This document shows, piece after piece, positions 44,013-53,520 of a stretch of 64,000 nucleotides of DNA. The stretch is from positions 10,945-74,944 of the forward strand of contig DATIAT010000032.1 of the NCBI GenBank assembly GCA_035457905.1. The letters run 5' to 3'. The notes under the pieces are model-generated. The model was given only the letters and a program-made list of their open reading frames with translations, searched no databases and had not been told where the DNA came from. The number at the start of each line of letters is the position of its first letter. Position 1 is the stretch's first letter. The position numbers and the translations under genes were made by a program. Origin of the DNA: Nitrospiraceae bacterium (GTDB lineage Bacteria > Nitrospirota > Nitrospiria > Nitrospirales > Nitrospiraceae).

Positions 44013-44540
44013 CTAGAAGCCATGCCCCGCAGCAACCTCAGAGCGCCAGGGCACCACATCGGTCGGCGCCACCAGCCAATCGAGATTGATGATCAAGACA
44101 AGGGCATCTTCGAAGAAGAACAGCCCGTCAAACCATTCGCGTTCAGCCCCGCGGAACTGAGGAGGCAAGGGTACAATGGCCGACCGCTCGACTTCGAGCA
44201 GACTGATTATGCGATCGACCGCATAGGCCTTGCGCCATACTCCGTTGGAACACAAAATCGTCCGCCCCTGGGATGAGAACGGCGTCACCGTTTTGTTTGG
44301 ATTGAGGCGATTGGTCAAATCGCTCTTTTCATATGTCTCGCCCAAAAGCGTAATGGTGTCCTGAAACGTCGCCTCAATCGTTTTCAACAAACCACGGATT
44401 CCTTTCCCCGGAATCGACACCCGCATCGGCGCGCACTCCACGATCAACTGTTGATTCACATTCGTCGGCGCCGCTGAACGGTTTTTACGAACTAGAAGAC
44501 TCATCGGCTCCTTTCCTCCAAGCGGAACCGGCCTGGCCAC
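44013..44540 (-). CDS. CheW-like coupling protein (divergent)
   Basis: 175 aa. CheW-like C-terminal half (YAVDRIISLLEV...LVLIINLDWL). The N-terminal half is less typical. Confidence 0.6.
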   Translation of the reverse strand: MARPVPLGGKEPMSLLVRKNRSAAPTNVNQQLIVECAPMRVSIPGKGIRGLLKTIEATFQDTITLLGETYEKSDLTNRLNPNKTVTPFSSQGRTILCSNGVWRKAYAVDRIISLLEVERSAIVPLPPQFRGAEREWFDGLFFFEDALVLIINLDWLVAPTDVVPWRSEVAAGHGF

Positions 44541-44582
44541 GACGGCACTCGCCTCTATACAACTGCACCGCGCGCCGCTGGA

Positions 44583-47500
44583 TCATGGCTGAACCAGCCC
44601 CTTTTTACCGGCTACCCGCTCGATTTCCTTGAGCAGCGTATGCTCTACAACGGGCTTCGTGATATAGCCGGTCGCACCGACATTGAGCGCAAGTTGCCGA
44701 TGCTTTTCACCCGCGCGCGTCGTCATCACCAAAATCGGCACGGATTGCGTTTGCTGGCGGCTCCTCAATATCTGAATCACTTCATACCCATTCAACTTCG
44801 GCATCTCCAGATCCGTAATGATTAGATTGTAAGCTTGCGTAGACGCTTTGCGGATGCCCTCTTCGCCGTCGCCGGCCGTGGCCACCCGATATCCTGCCGT
44901 CTCCAGCATTCGTCCGATAAATTTACGGATGCTCAATGAGTCGTCGATCAGCAGAATGGACACTGTCTCGGCTGGCTCCGAATCCGATGCCTCCTCGCAG
45001 CCCCCTTCCACGGCACCGACTTCCGGTGTTGCCGAGCTGGCGACCATCGACACGGCCCCGCTCTGACTCGTGAACAGCCTACTCACGTCCAGTACCAAAA
45101 TGACTCGTCCGTCCAGATCGAACGTGGCGCCGGAAAACGGTACCTGCTCCATGAGTTTGAGCGAGCCCAATGATTTGACGACGATTTCCTGCTGGCCCAA
45201 TAATTCGGTGACTGCGAGCCCCATAGGACCGGCATCGGTATGCACAATCACGATGGGCGTCGTGTTTTCAATGGCGGACGAACCGTGGCCGAGCAGGCTG
45301 GATAAGGTCTGGATCTCTACGGCCTCGTCTCCCATCTGCAACAACATCCGGTCTCCCATGTTATGCACAGCGCTCGGCATGGGCAAGGTGATTTCCCGTA
45401 TACTCGCCAACGGAATCGCGTAGTGCATCTCGCCGACACGGACTATCAGCGCCATGGTGATCAGCAAGCTGAGAGGGAGGTGTAAGGAAAACTTTGTACC
45501 AAGCCCCTTCACGGTTTCGATCTCGATGCGGCCGTTCATCGAGCGGATCACGCGCTCTACGACATCCATTCCGATGCCGCGGCCAGCCTGATCGGTTGAC
45601 ACCTCGGCTGTAGAAAAACCCGGCACAAAAATGAAGCGCGTAATTTCCGCGTCGGTCAGCTGTGCCGCCTGATCAGGATTGACCAACCTCTTGGCGATAG
45701 CCGTTGCTTTGATCTTATCGAGATCGAGCCCGCGCCCGTCGTCTTCCACTTCGATCACCACGGCGTTCCCTCGCTGCGCCGCATGCAAGCGGATCGTGCC
45801 TATCGCCGATTTCCCATTAGCCTCCCGGACCTGAGCCGGTTCGATGCCGTGATAGACCGCATTCCGTATCAAATGAATCAGTGGATCGATCAGCCGTTCG
45901 ACCACGCCCGTATCGATTTCCGTGCGTTCGCCGGCCATCGTCAGCTCCACGTCTTTTCCGGTCGCACGTGCGCTTTCCCGCACCGACCGCAAAAACCTTG
46001 TGAACAGCATGCCGATCGACACCATCCTGGTTTTAGTTGTTTGATCCCGTATGCCGGTCGTCAAATCCTGCAGCTGGTTCAACTCGTCCCGTGCAGCCTG
46101 GATCGATGCGTTCAACTGCGAAACCGATTCGCTGATGTCAGCAGCCCCTTCGCCGATCCGCCGAGCCAGGATATTGAAATCGTCGTATTTATCGAACTCC
46201 AACTCGCCGAATTCCGTCACACCGGTCAGAGCCGGCATCGATGCCATGGTCCCTTGAGGCGAAAGGGAAGGCATCGTAAAAGTGTGTTTCTCTTCAAACG
46301 CCTGAATGCCGGTGAGCAAACGGTTCTTGCAAGCTATCACTTGGTGGGTTAACTGATTCAAGGTCTCTAGTCGCCGTTCCAATCGTCCTCGGGTGATGAT
46401 CAGCTCGCCAACGAGATTCAGCAGTTGCTCCAGACGATCCCGTCTGACTCTGATCTGTTGGACATCAGTCGACGCGCCTGTCACATCGGTATCCGGAACG
46501 GGCAATCCCTCCTTCCGTTCAGACTCAGAAGCCGCAGGGAATTCTTGAACCGCTGCGGTCATCGTAGGGGACGCCGGCCGCGGAATGGATCCGGTGACCA
46601 ACGCCTGCCTGAGCGTCGCGAACTCCGCCTGAACCCTCAAAAGTCGGTCTCTCAGTTGAGGCAGTTGCTTGACATCTCGTTGGAGCAAGACACGCACAAC
46701 ATCAATCGTCCGCAGCACGCTGTCCGTAAAGAAAGCGGTAATTTCCAGACGACCATGGCGCACAGCATCGAGATAATCTTCGACCGTATGGACCAAGTCG
46801 CCGATTATTTGAAAGTTGATGGTGTACGCCGATCCTTTAAGTGTATGCACCTTCCCAAACAACTGGTTGATCATCTCTTGGTTTCTGGGATCTTTCTCCA
46901 GCTGGAGAAGAAGGTTTTCGATGCTTTGCAGATACCCCTCGGCTTCCGGAAGAAAATACGAGAGATCGCCGGAATCAAGTTTGGGGATGATATACTCCGC
47001 AGTCAGTTGTGGCGTCGAAGCCGATTCGACAACTGCCGGACTCCCCGAATCGTTCGATGCGACGACGAACTCGACCTGCTCACCCTGCTGAATTCGGCAC
47101 AATGCATCCCTCACGACTGGGATATCCCGTTGAAAGCCGGCCACCTCGTTCAAGTCGCCACGCAGAAGGGACCGGATGATCTCCATCGTACGTTCCACGG
47201 CATTCAACAGCACAGAAGATACCGGAAGCCCGCCGTCGCGAATGGTCACGAGACAATTCTCAAGAGGGTGAGCGAGATCCCCAATGACTTCAAACCCTAC
47301 CGTATAGGCCGATCCCTTGATCGTATGAATGGTCCGAAACAAGGTAAGGATCTGGTCGTTGTCGCCAGGATGCGACCGTAGGTGAGCGACCGCTCCTTTG
47401 ACAGTCTCGAGATATTCCTGAATTTCAGGAACGAAATATGAGAGGACGTCCGCATCGATGGTGGGCATGCAGTATTCCGCCGAAATGGAGATGCCTGTCG

Positions 47501-47936
47501 CAGCGGTCTGCGCCTCGTCCGAGGATGCACCAGAAGGCAAGGCGAACGCCATTAGCGCGGCATAGCGTTGGGTCCATGCGTCCGCAGCCAGGCCTTCGTC
47601 TGCCTCCCCTTTCGCAATACGTTCGATCTGGCGACGGCAGTCTACGACGATTTCCCGAAGCAAGTCGACAGCTTCAGGCCAGCGAGTATGATCAATCTCG
47701 GAGGCGTACTCGAGAACCGTCTCCATCATCTCCCCATATCGAGACAGGCCCATGTATCCGTAATTCAGCGCAGTGCCCTTAAGCTTGTGCGCAAGGATAT
47801 AGTGCTCTTGGAGCGATTCGCAGGACGGAAACGACATATCTGGAGGATTGAGTGCGGTCCACAGCGTTGCCATGTCTTCCAACGTCTCGGCGGTAAAGAT
47901 CTCCACCAGCTCCCTGTTTATTGGTTTCTCACTCAT
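44583..47936 (-). CDS. ChpA-like hybrid CheA kinase: 3 Hpt domains, dimerisation, HATPase, CheW-like and C-terminal REC
   Basis: 1117 aa. Hpt His contexts AHKLKGTA (H50), IHTIKGSA (H204), VHTLKGSA (H364). Kinase boxes HLIRNAVYHGIE, DDGRGLD, GRGIGMDVV, GLGTKF. P5 domain. REC has ILLIDDS...ITDLEMPKLNGYE...ITKP. Confidence 0.93.
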   Translation of the reverse strand: MSEKPINRELVEIFTAETLEDMATLWTALNPPDMSFPSCESLQEHYILAHKLKGTALNYGYMGLSRYGEMMETVLEYASEIDHTRWPEAVDLLREIVVDCRRQIERIAKGEADEGLAADAWTQRYAALMAFALPSGASSDEAQTAATGISISAEYCMPTIDADVLSYFVPEIQEYLETVKGAVAHLRSHPGDNDQILTLFRTIHTIKGSAYTVGFEVIGDLAHPLENCLVTIRDGGLPVSSVLLNAVERTMEIIRSLLRGDLNEVAGFQRDIPVVRDALCRIQQGEQVEFVVASNDSGSPAVVESASTPQLTAEYIIPKLDSGDLSYFLPEAEGYLQSIENLLLQLEKDPRNQEMINQLFGKVHTLKGSAYTINFQIIGDLVHTVEDYLDAVRHGRLEITAFFTDSVLRTIDVVRVLLQRDVKQLPQLRDRLLRVQAEFATLRQALVTGSIPRPASPTMTAAVQEFPAASESERKEGLPVPDTDVTGASTDVQQIRVRRDRLEQLLNLVGELIITRGRLERRLETLNQLTHQVIACKNRLLTGIQAFEEKHTFTMPSLSPQGTMASMPALTGVTEFGELEFDKYDDFNILARRIGEGAADISESVSQLNASIQAARDELNQLQDLTTGIRDQTTKTRMVSIGMLFTRFLRSVRESARATGKDVELTMAGERTEIDTGVVERLIDPLIHLIRNAVYHGIEPAQVREANGKSAIGTIRLHAAQRGNAVVIEVEDDGRGLDLDKIKATAIAKRLVNPDQAAQLTDAEITRFIFVPGFSTAEVSTDQAGRGIGMDVVERVIRSMNGRIEIETVKGLGTKFSLHLPLSLLITMALIVRVGEMHYAIPLASIREITLPMPSAVHNMGDRMLLQMGDEAVEIQTLSSLLGHGSSAIENTTPIVIVHTDAGPMGLAVTELLGQQEIVVKSLGSLKLMEQVPFSGATFDLDGRVILVLDVSRLFTSQSGAVSMVASSATPEVGAVEGGCEEASDSEPAETVSILLIDDSLSIRKFIGRMLETAGYRVATAGDGEEGIRKASTQAYNLIITDLEMPKLNGYEVIQILRSRQQTQSVPILVMTTRAGEKHRQLALNVGATGYITKPVVEHTLLKEIERVAGKKGLVQP

Positions 47937-47986
47937 GCGTGAGCCCCCTCAAGGGCAATCTCCATCCCACACTGCCATCTCACTCC

Positions 47987-49858
47987 TCAGACCAGCTTGA
48001 ACTGCGCAACCGAGGCCGTCAGACTGTCGGCGAGTTTGGTCATGTCCTCGACCGTCAACCGCGCGGCATCTGTAGCTTTCTGTGTTTCCACGGTGCCACC
48101 CGTGAATTCCTTAATCGAGCACCTCACTTGATCTGCCGACACCGTCTGGTTCGCCGCAGAAGCCGCGATGGTTTCGGCCAACTCGGCCGAACGTTTGGCG
48201 ATTCCCGAAATCTCCTCGAAGACGTCACCGGTCAGCATAGCGGACTTGGACCCGACCTCCACTGCCTTGGTTTCGTTCTCCATCTCAACGACAGCTTCCT
48301 GCGTCTCGCTCTGAATGACTTTGACCAGATCGGCAATTTCGCGCGTCGCTTGCGAGGAACTTTCGGCCAGTTTCCGGACTTGTTCGGCCACAACCGCAAA
48401 TCGCGCACCGGCCTCGCCTGCACCGGCAGCTTCGATCGCCGCGTTCAACGCCAGAAGATTCGTCCGGTTCGCAATCTCTCTGATAGCCGACACAATCTGC
48501 GAAATTTCCACGGATCGATCACCGAGCGCCTTGACCTGCTTCGACATCCGCTGCACGGCGGTCCGAATGCTCTGCATGTCCTCCACGGTTTTCTGCACGG
48601 CCTCACGGCCTCGAGCTGTCGCTTCAAGCACCAGTTTGGCGCTGTCCGACGAAGCGCCGGCAGTCTCCGCCACCTGACGCATTGAGCGCGCCAGGTTTTC
48701 GACAGCTTCAAGTGTCTTCTTCGATTCGTCGGCTTGATGCTTTGCCGTACCGGACATCTGCCTCGTGTTGTCGCGCAACACACCGGAGGATTTATTGACA
48801 CGCTCGGCAGCCTCCCGCACCTGCTTCAACAATTGCCCGAACCGACTGATCATCAGGTTGAATCCGTCGGCCAAGTTGCCGAACATATCTGCTGTTACCT
48901 CACCGCGTTTGGTCAAGTCGCCTTTACCAATATCAGAGACTAAGACCAGGAAACTCATCAACCGCTTTTGCATATCATCGCGCTCGGATTCAGACGTCAC
49001 AAGGGCCGTCATGCGGTCCATCATCGCATTGAACGATGCGGCCATCTGTCCGATTTCATCATTCGATGTGACCTTCGCGCGGGCTTGGTAATGGCCGTCC
49101 GCCGCCGACTTCACGGCGTTTGCGACTTGCCCAATACCCAGCGCCACCTTGTGCGCCGCCCAGTATCCGAGTGCCAAACACACCAGTGCGGCAAAGATGC
49201 CGACGACGATCAACATACGCGTTCCGTCGTCGGCCAGGGCCTGAGCATGTTCATTCAAGTCCTTAGCGACCTCACGCATGTCCAAAACTTGTTCGTGGTG
49301 GCGAGCGACCATCAAATCGAAGGTCGGCTGTATGTTCACCGTGAGGGCCAATTTTCCCAGGTCTCTCATGTGTTCAGCTTGCTCTGCAGAAAGCGACTTT
49401 CCAAAGCTATCGGCCATGACACTGAGGGCTCCCTCTGCATCCTTAAAATATTTATCGATGGCCGACTTTAGAATCGCCAAGTCCTTCTTACCATCTCGGC
49501 CGGACCGCGACACTTGTGGCGCCGTGGCCGCGTAGGAGGCTATAATGCTTTTGACCTTCCCCTGATACGGTGACAGCCGAGCGACATTCACCACATAGTC
49601 GGCATGGCTCGTGACGCCGGCGATACCAGTTAAAATTTGATGATGCGTCGTAAGCGCTGTACCCATTTCAGCGAATTCGGCAAGGGGCAACGTATTACCG
49701 GCATACATCGCCTGAGACGAGGTGGCAGACTGTCGGACCGTCCAGACACCGATCGCCGACATGGTCATAATAATGACACTGATCACTCCGAACGTCGCCA
49801 AAAATTTTGACTTAATTGTTATGCCTTCAGGCCGCTGCGCGACATTGAACTTAGCCAT
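47987..49858 (-). CDS. Transmembrane methyl-accepting chemotaxis protein (2 TM, HAMP, MA domain)
   Basis: 623 aa. Signalling tip [35 protein letters not shown]. Confidence 0.92.
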   Translation of the reverse strand: MAKFNVAQRPEGITIKSKFLATFGVISVIIMTMSAIGVWTVRQSATSSQAMYAGNTLPLAEFAEMGTALTTHHQILTGIAGVTSHADYVVNVARLSPYQGKVKSIIASYAATAPQVSRSGRDGKKDLAILKSAIDKYFKDAEGALSVMADSFGKSLSAEQAEHMRDLGKLALTVNIQPTFDLMVARHHEQVLDMREVAKDLNEHAQALADDGTRMLIVVGIFAALVCLALGYWAAHKVALGIGQVANAVKSAADGHYQARAKVTSNDEIGQMAASFNAMMDRMTALVTSESERDDMQKRLMSFLVLVSDIGKGDLTKRGEVTADMFGNLADGFNLMISRFGQLLKQVREAAERVNKSSGVLRDNTRQMSGTAKHQADESKKTLEAVENLARSMRQVAETAGASSDSAKLVLEATARGREAVQKTVEDMQSIRTAVQRMSKQVKALGDRSVEISQIVSAIREIANRTNLLALNAAIEAAGAGEAGARFAVVAEQVRKLAESSSQATREIADLVKVIQSETQEAVVEMENETKAVEVGSKSAMLTGDVFEEISGIAKRSAELAETIAASAANQTVSADQVRCSIKEFTGGTVETQKATDAARLTVEDMTKLADSLTASVAQFKLV

Positions 49859-49937
49859 GGGAATCTCCTCCTTTATACAGGTGCCTCGAACTCACGTATG
49901 GTGGTCTGTCTCACCTAATTGGTTGCGGCGCTCGCGA

Positions 49938-50441
49938 TCATTTATTCGTTCCACCGATGTATGACAACAACGCCGGGACTTCGATGACACTGCCCATACG
50001 GCCGGCCAGTTTCAATATGCTCGTCACGAATGGGTGGGCCCCTTCCGGCGACTGCACCGCAGCTGTCACATATTCGTCGGGCAGTAGGTCACGGAGTTCC
50101 GGAACCTTGTCGACCAACACTCCGATTTGCTGGACGCCTTGTTGAATCACAACGGCATATCTTGCGGAAGTCTTCCAGACTGGCAGCCCCAAGGCGGGAC
50201 GCAAATCGGCAATCGGCATGACGACGCCTCTCAAGTTGGCAACACCACATAGCATCGCTGGTGCCCCGGGCACCGGCGTAATAGTCGTAACTTCGAACAC
50301 TTCCCGCACATAACGAAGGTCGATGACGAACGACTGGCCAGCGAGACTCAGCAGGCAGACGCGCATAGGCCGCGTCGCAGCCTTCGCTGACTCGGCCCGC
50401 TCCGCCGTCACATGATGGACGATTCCTTCAGTCTGAGTCAT
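49938..50441 (-). CDS. cheW: CheW coupling protein
   Basis: 167 aa. CLLSLAGQSFVIDLRYVREV...NLRGVVMPIADLR. Confidence 0.88.
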   Translation of the reverse strand: MTQTEGIVHHVTAERAESAKAATRPMRVCLLSLAGQSFVIDLRYVREVFEVTTITPVPGAPAMLCGVANLRGVVMPIADLRPALGLPVWKTSARYAVVIQQGVQQIGVLVDKVPELRDLLPDEYVTAAVQSPEGAHPFVTSILKLAGRMGSVIEVPALLSYIGGTNK

Positions 50442-50471
50442 TCGGTTCGATCACTTTCCACACGATCACCG

Positions 50472-50840
50472 TTACCGCAACGCAGCTTTGATGGCGTCCA
50501 GTAATGCTTCGGCCCTGACTGGCTTCACTAGATAGCTGGCGGCTCCCTGTTGTTGCCCCCAGAACTTGTCACTCTCCTGACCTTTCGAGGTACAGAGAAT
50601 GACGGGGACATGCTTGTAACGATCATCGTTTTTCAAGTCACGACAGGCCTGGAACCCGTCGCGCCCTGGCATCACTACGTCCATCACGACCACGTCCGGT
50701 TTTTCCTTGGCGAGTTTGGCTTCAAGGTTCATCGCATCTGAAAACGACACAACCGTATGGTGCGCCGACCTCAGATACTCCTCAATCAACTTCAGATCGG
50801 CTTGACTATCATCGACCACGACAATCTTGCTCATCATCAT
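50472..50840 (-). CDS. Single-domain response regulator (CheY/PilH-like)
   Basis: Start at the MMMSKIVVVDDS cluster (about 50840; the track ORF extends to 50939). DVVVMDVVMPGRDGF and YLVKP are present. Confidence 0.88.
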   Translation of the reverse strand: MMMSKIVVVDDSQADLKLIEEYLRSAHHTVVSFSDAMNLEAKLAKEKPDVVVMDVVMPGRDGFQACRDLKNDDRYKHVPVILCTSKGQESDKFWGQQQGAASYLVKPVRAEALLDAIKAALR

Positions 50841-51700
50841 CCTCTCGTCATTGAATTGAATGAACCCCTCTCCGTTCGAAGTCCGAGACAAGCTTTCAAC
50901 GTAGTGCTGATGGCGCCAGCCAACTCCCCTTCTTTCCACCCTTCCACGCGCATCGAGGTAATATCGCGTTTTCCCTCAGGGCTGCCATGGCACGATAGAC
51001 AGGATGCCGTAGCATATTCCGGCTGTATCAGAATCGAGTGCCGGCTTCCCGGCTACCAACGTGTTCCTGCCATAGGATTGACCCTTGGGATGTCTAGAGT
51101 CAGCGAACATTCGTAAGTTTTCCGCCTCAAAATCGGCCGGTTTGTTGCCTGAAAATCGGTAGTCGGTTCCCATCAGTTTCAGTTTGATGCCAGGCCGATT
51201 GATCCCTGCTTAATAGGACGCCACCACTTCCTTCTGGGTTTCCAGCTAGCTCCTGAGCAGGGCACCTTGCAAAGTATCGTCGGGCCGACTCAAGTCTATG
51301 TGCTCCAAATTCCTGAATGGGGTCGTGAGGGTCTCGCCCACAAGGATTGGAGTAGATCCTTTATCGCCTTTCGCCGGATCGTTGATTTCGGCTTGATATT
51401 CGGACACCAGTGAATGACTGAGCTTGCGCAGCGACGAGATGGAGTGCTGTTTTGATTTCATTCGCGGCAGCCGTATCGTGAGACACAACCAACCCTGGGA
51501 CAAGACACGTCGTCGCGCAGAGCACTGCGATAATCACTGTTCTGACGCTCATACCGATGTCCTTCTTGGGCACACGTTTCCGCTGACTGCTCAACGATCC
51601 GTCCAAAATGCCAAAGTTCACGCGCACATATCCAGAAGTGTACTGTATTCCGTACTGACTGCAAGGAAATCGGAAAAAGAAACGCACTATGCCGTGTGGG

Positions 51701-52783
51701 TCACAGAGCTCTCCGGCCACCGTCGCGCAATTGACGCATGAGCGCGTCGGGAATATCTCTAAGTGGCAGCACCAGGTCGACGGCCCCTGCCTGAATCGCT
51801 TCTTTCGGCATGCCGAACACGACGCAAGTCGATTCGTTCTGCGCGATCGTATAAGCGCCGGATCGCTTCATCTGGAGCAGCCCAGCCGCCCCGTCGTTAC
51901 CCATCCCGGTCAAAATGATGCCGATGCTGTTCACGCCCGCATGCTTAGCGACCGAGGCAAAGGTCACATCGACAGACGGACGGTGCCGGTTGACCGGCGT
52001 ATCCTGATTGAGGTGGACCAGATAGCGGGCGCCGCTCCGCATGAGGGTCATGTGGTAATTGCCCGGCGCGATCAGCGCATGACCGGGCAGAACACTGTCG
52101 CCGTCTTCGGCTTCTTTCACGGAAATCCGGCACAGGCTGTTCATCCGTTCTGCCCAGGTCTTCGTAAACCGCGCCGGCATGTGTTGAGTAATGAGAATCG
52201 GAGGGCTATGCGGCGGCAGCACTTCCAGCACCTCTTTCACGGCCTCGGTTCCGCCAGTGGAAGACCCGATGGCCACGATGGTATCGGTCGTCTTGATCAT
52301 CCCGGATGCCTCATGCAGCGCGCGACGAGCGACGCTGCACGCAAGTTTTTGGGTTGCCGCGGACACCTTCCCCCGAACCCGAGCGACGGCAGCCGCCTTG
52401 ACTTTTTCGATGAGCTCCTCCGCGAGTTCCTCCATCCCGCGACGGATGTCGACTTTCGGTTTCGTCACGAAATCCACGGCGCCCAGCTCCAACGCTCGGA
52501 GAGCCGTCTCGCAGCCTCGCTCCGTCAACGAACTGACCATCAATACCGGCATGGGCGTGGTCGCCATGAGTTTCTCCAGAAATTTCAGCCCGTCCATGTG
52601 AGGCATTTCCACGTCCAGCGTAAGGACGTCCGGGTGCAACGCCTCGATTTTCGTCCAAGCGCCCGTCGGGTCATGAGCGACGCCAACGACTTCGATATTC
52701 CAATCCTGCGACAATAGATGCGACAAAAACTGCCGGATCAAGGCCGAGTCGTCGACAATTAGCACTCGAATTTTCTTTGTCAT
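51701..52783 (-). CDS. cheB: Chemotaxis response regulator protein-glutamate methylesterase
   Basis: ATG at 52783 (MTKKIRVLIVDDS). REC domain plus a methylesterase domain with IGSSTGGTEA and ...GMGNDGAAGL. Confidence 0.93.
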   Translation of the reverse strand: MTKKIRVLIVDDSALIRQFLSHLLSQDWNIEVVGVAHDPTGAWTKIEALHPDVLTLDVEMPHMDGLKFLEKLMATTPMPVLMVSSLTERGCETALRALELGAVDFVTKPKVDIRRGMEELAEELIEKVKAAAVARVRGKVSAATQKLACSVARRALHEASGMIKTTDTIVAIGSSTGGTEAVKEVLEVLPPHSPPILITQHMPARFTKTWAERMNSLCRISVKEAEDGDSVLPGHALIAPGNYHMTLMRSGARYLVHLNQDTPVNRHRPSVDVTFASVAKHAGVNSIGIILTGMGNDGAAGLLQMKRSGAYTIAQNESTCVVFGMPKEAIQAGAVDLVLPLRDIPDALMRQLRDGGRRAL

Positions 52784-52840
52784 ATCTCCCCGTGCTGGCA
52801 CGTGTGACAGGCTGAAGGGCAGGCCAACGGCAGCCTTCGA

Positions 52841-53488
52841 TCAGAACAACGTGGCATCGCTTTTCGGTGTGTACGGACCATATAAGGCCGTGAACACCTT
52901 CTCTGCCTCGACAGCGCGCACGCGCTCCGCAGAATCGCCCGCCTTCATTAGCACCCGTCCAGTATCCGTATAGTAATAAACACTCCGGGCATAATCCTTC
53001 CCGAGATCGGACGCGACTGGCTGTAGTCCTTCCCGTCCCAGATATTCCAATACCCACTGCACGTTGATGGCGCCGATATCGCCACCCCCCTCATAGAGTT
53101 TTGCGCCACCGAATACTTTGACCTCCAACCGGTTCCTGTGCCCTCCATGCTTGAGTATCCCGTTGATCAGCATTTCCATCGCGTAACTGCCATATCGGGT
53201 TTTCACGTTCCACGCGCTGGAAGAAGCTGAACTGCCAGGTGCCGGTAACATGAAATGATTCACGCCTCCCACACCGGCATACGGATCACGCATGCAGACC
53301 CCCACACATGACCCGAGCAACGTCGAGATGACCACCGGCTTGTGTGAGACGAAGTATTCTCCCGCGAAGAGCGTCACCACCTCGTGATCCGGGAAACGAT
53401 GATGGCGTCGGCGTCGATTCGATGGGCCTTCCATCTGCGGGACGTTGTGATCCTCGAAAGGTTCATTACTCACGGTCCATGCTCGCAC
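52841..53488 (-). CDS. cheD: Chemoreceptor glutamine deamidase CheD
   Basis: VVISTLLGSCVGVCMRDP...GGVNHFMLP, with the catalytic Cys context typical of CheD. GTG at 53488; alternative ATG at 53434. Confidence 0.88.
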   Translation of the reverse strand: MRAWTVSNEPFEDHNVPQMEGPSNRRRRHHRFPDHEVVTLFAGEYFVSHKPVVISTLLGSCVGVCMRDPYAGVGGVNHFMLPAPGSSASSSAWNVKTRYGSYAMEMLINGILKHGGHRNRLEVKVFGGAKLYEGGGDIGAINVQWVLEYLGREGLQPVASDLGKDYARSVYYYTDTGRVLMKAGDSAERVRAVEAEKVFTALYGPYTPKSDATLF

Positions 53489-53520
53489 ACGTTTTCTTCG
53501 GTTCCATGATGCCGTAGCCG

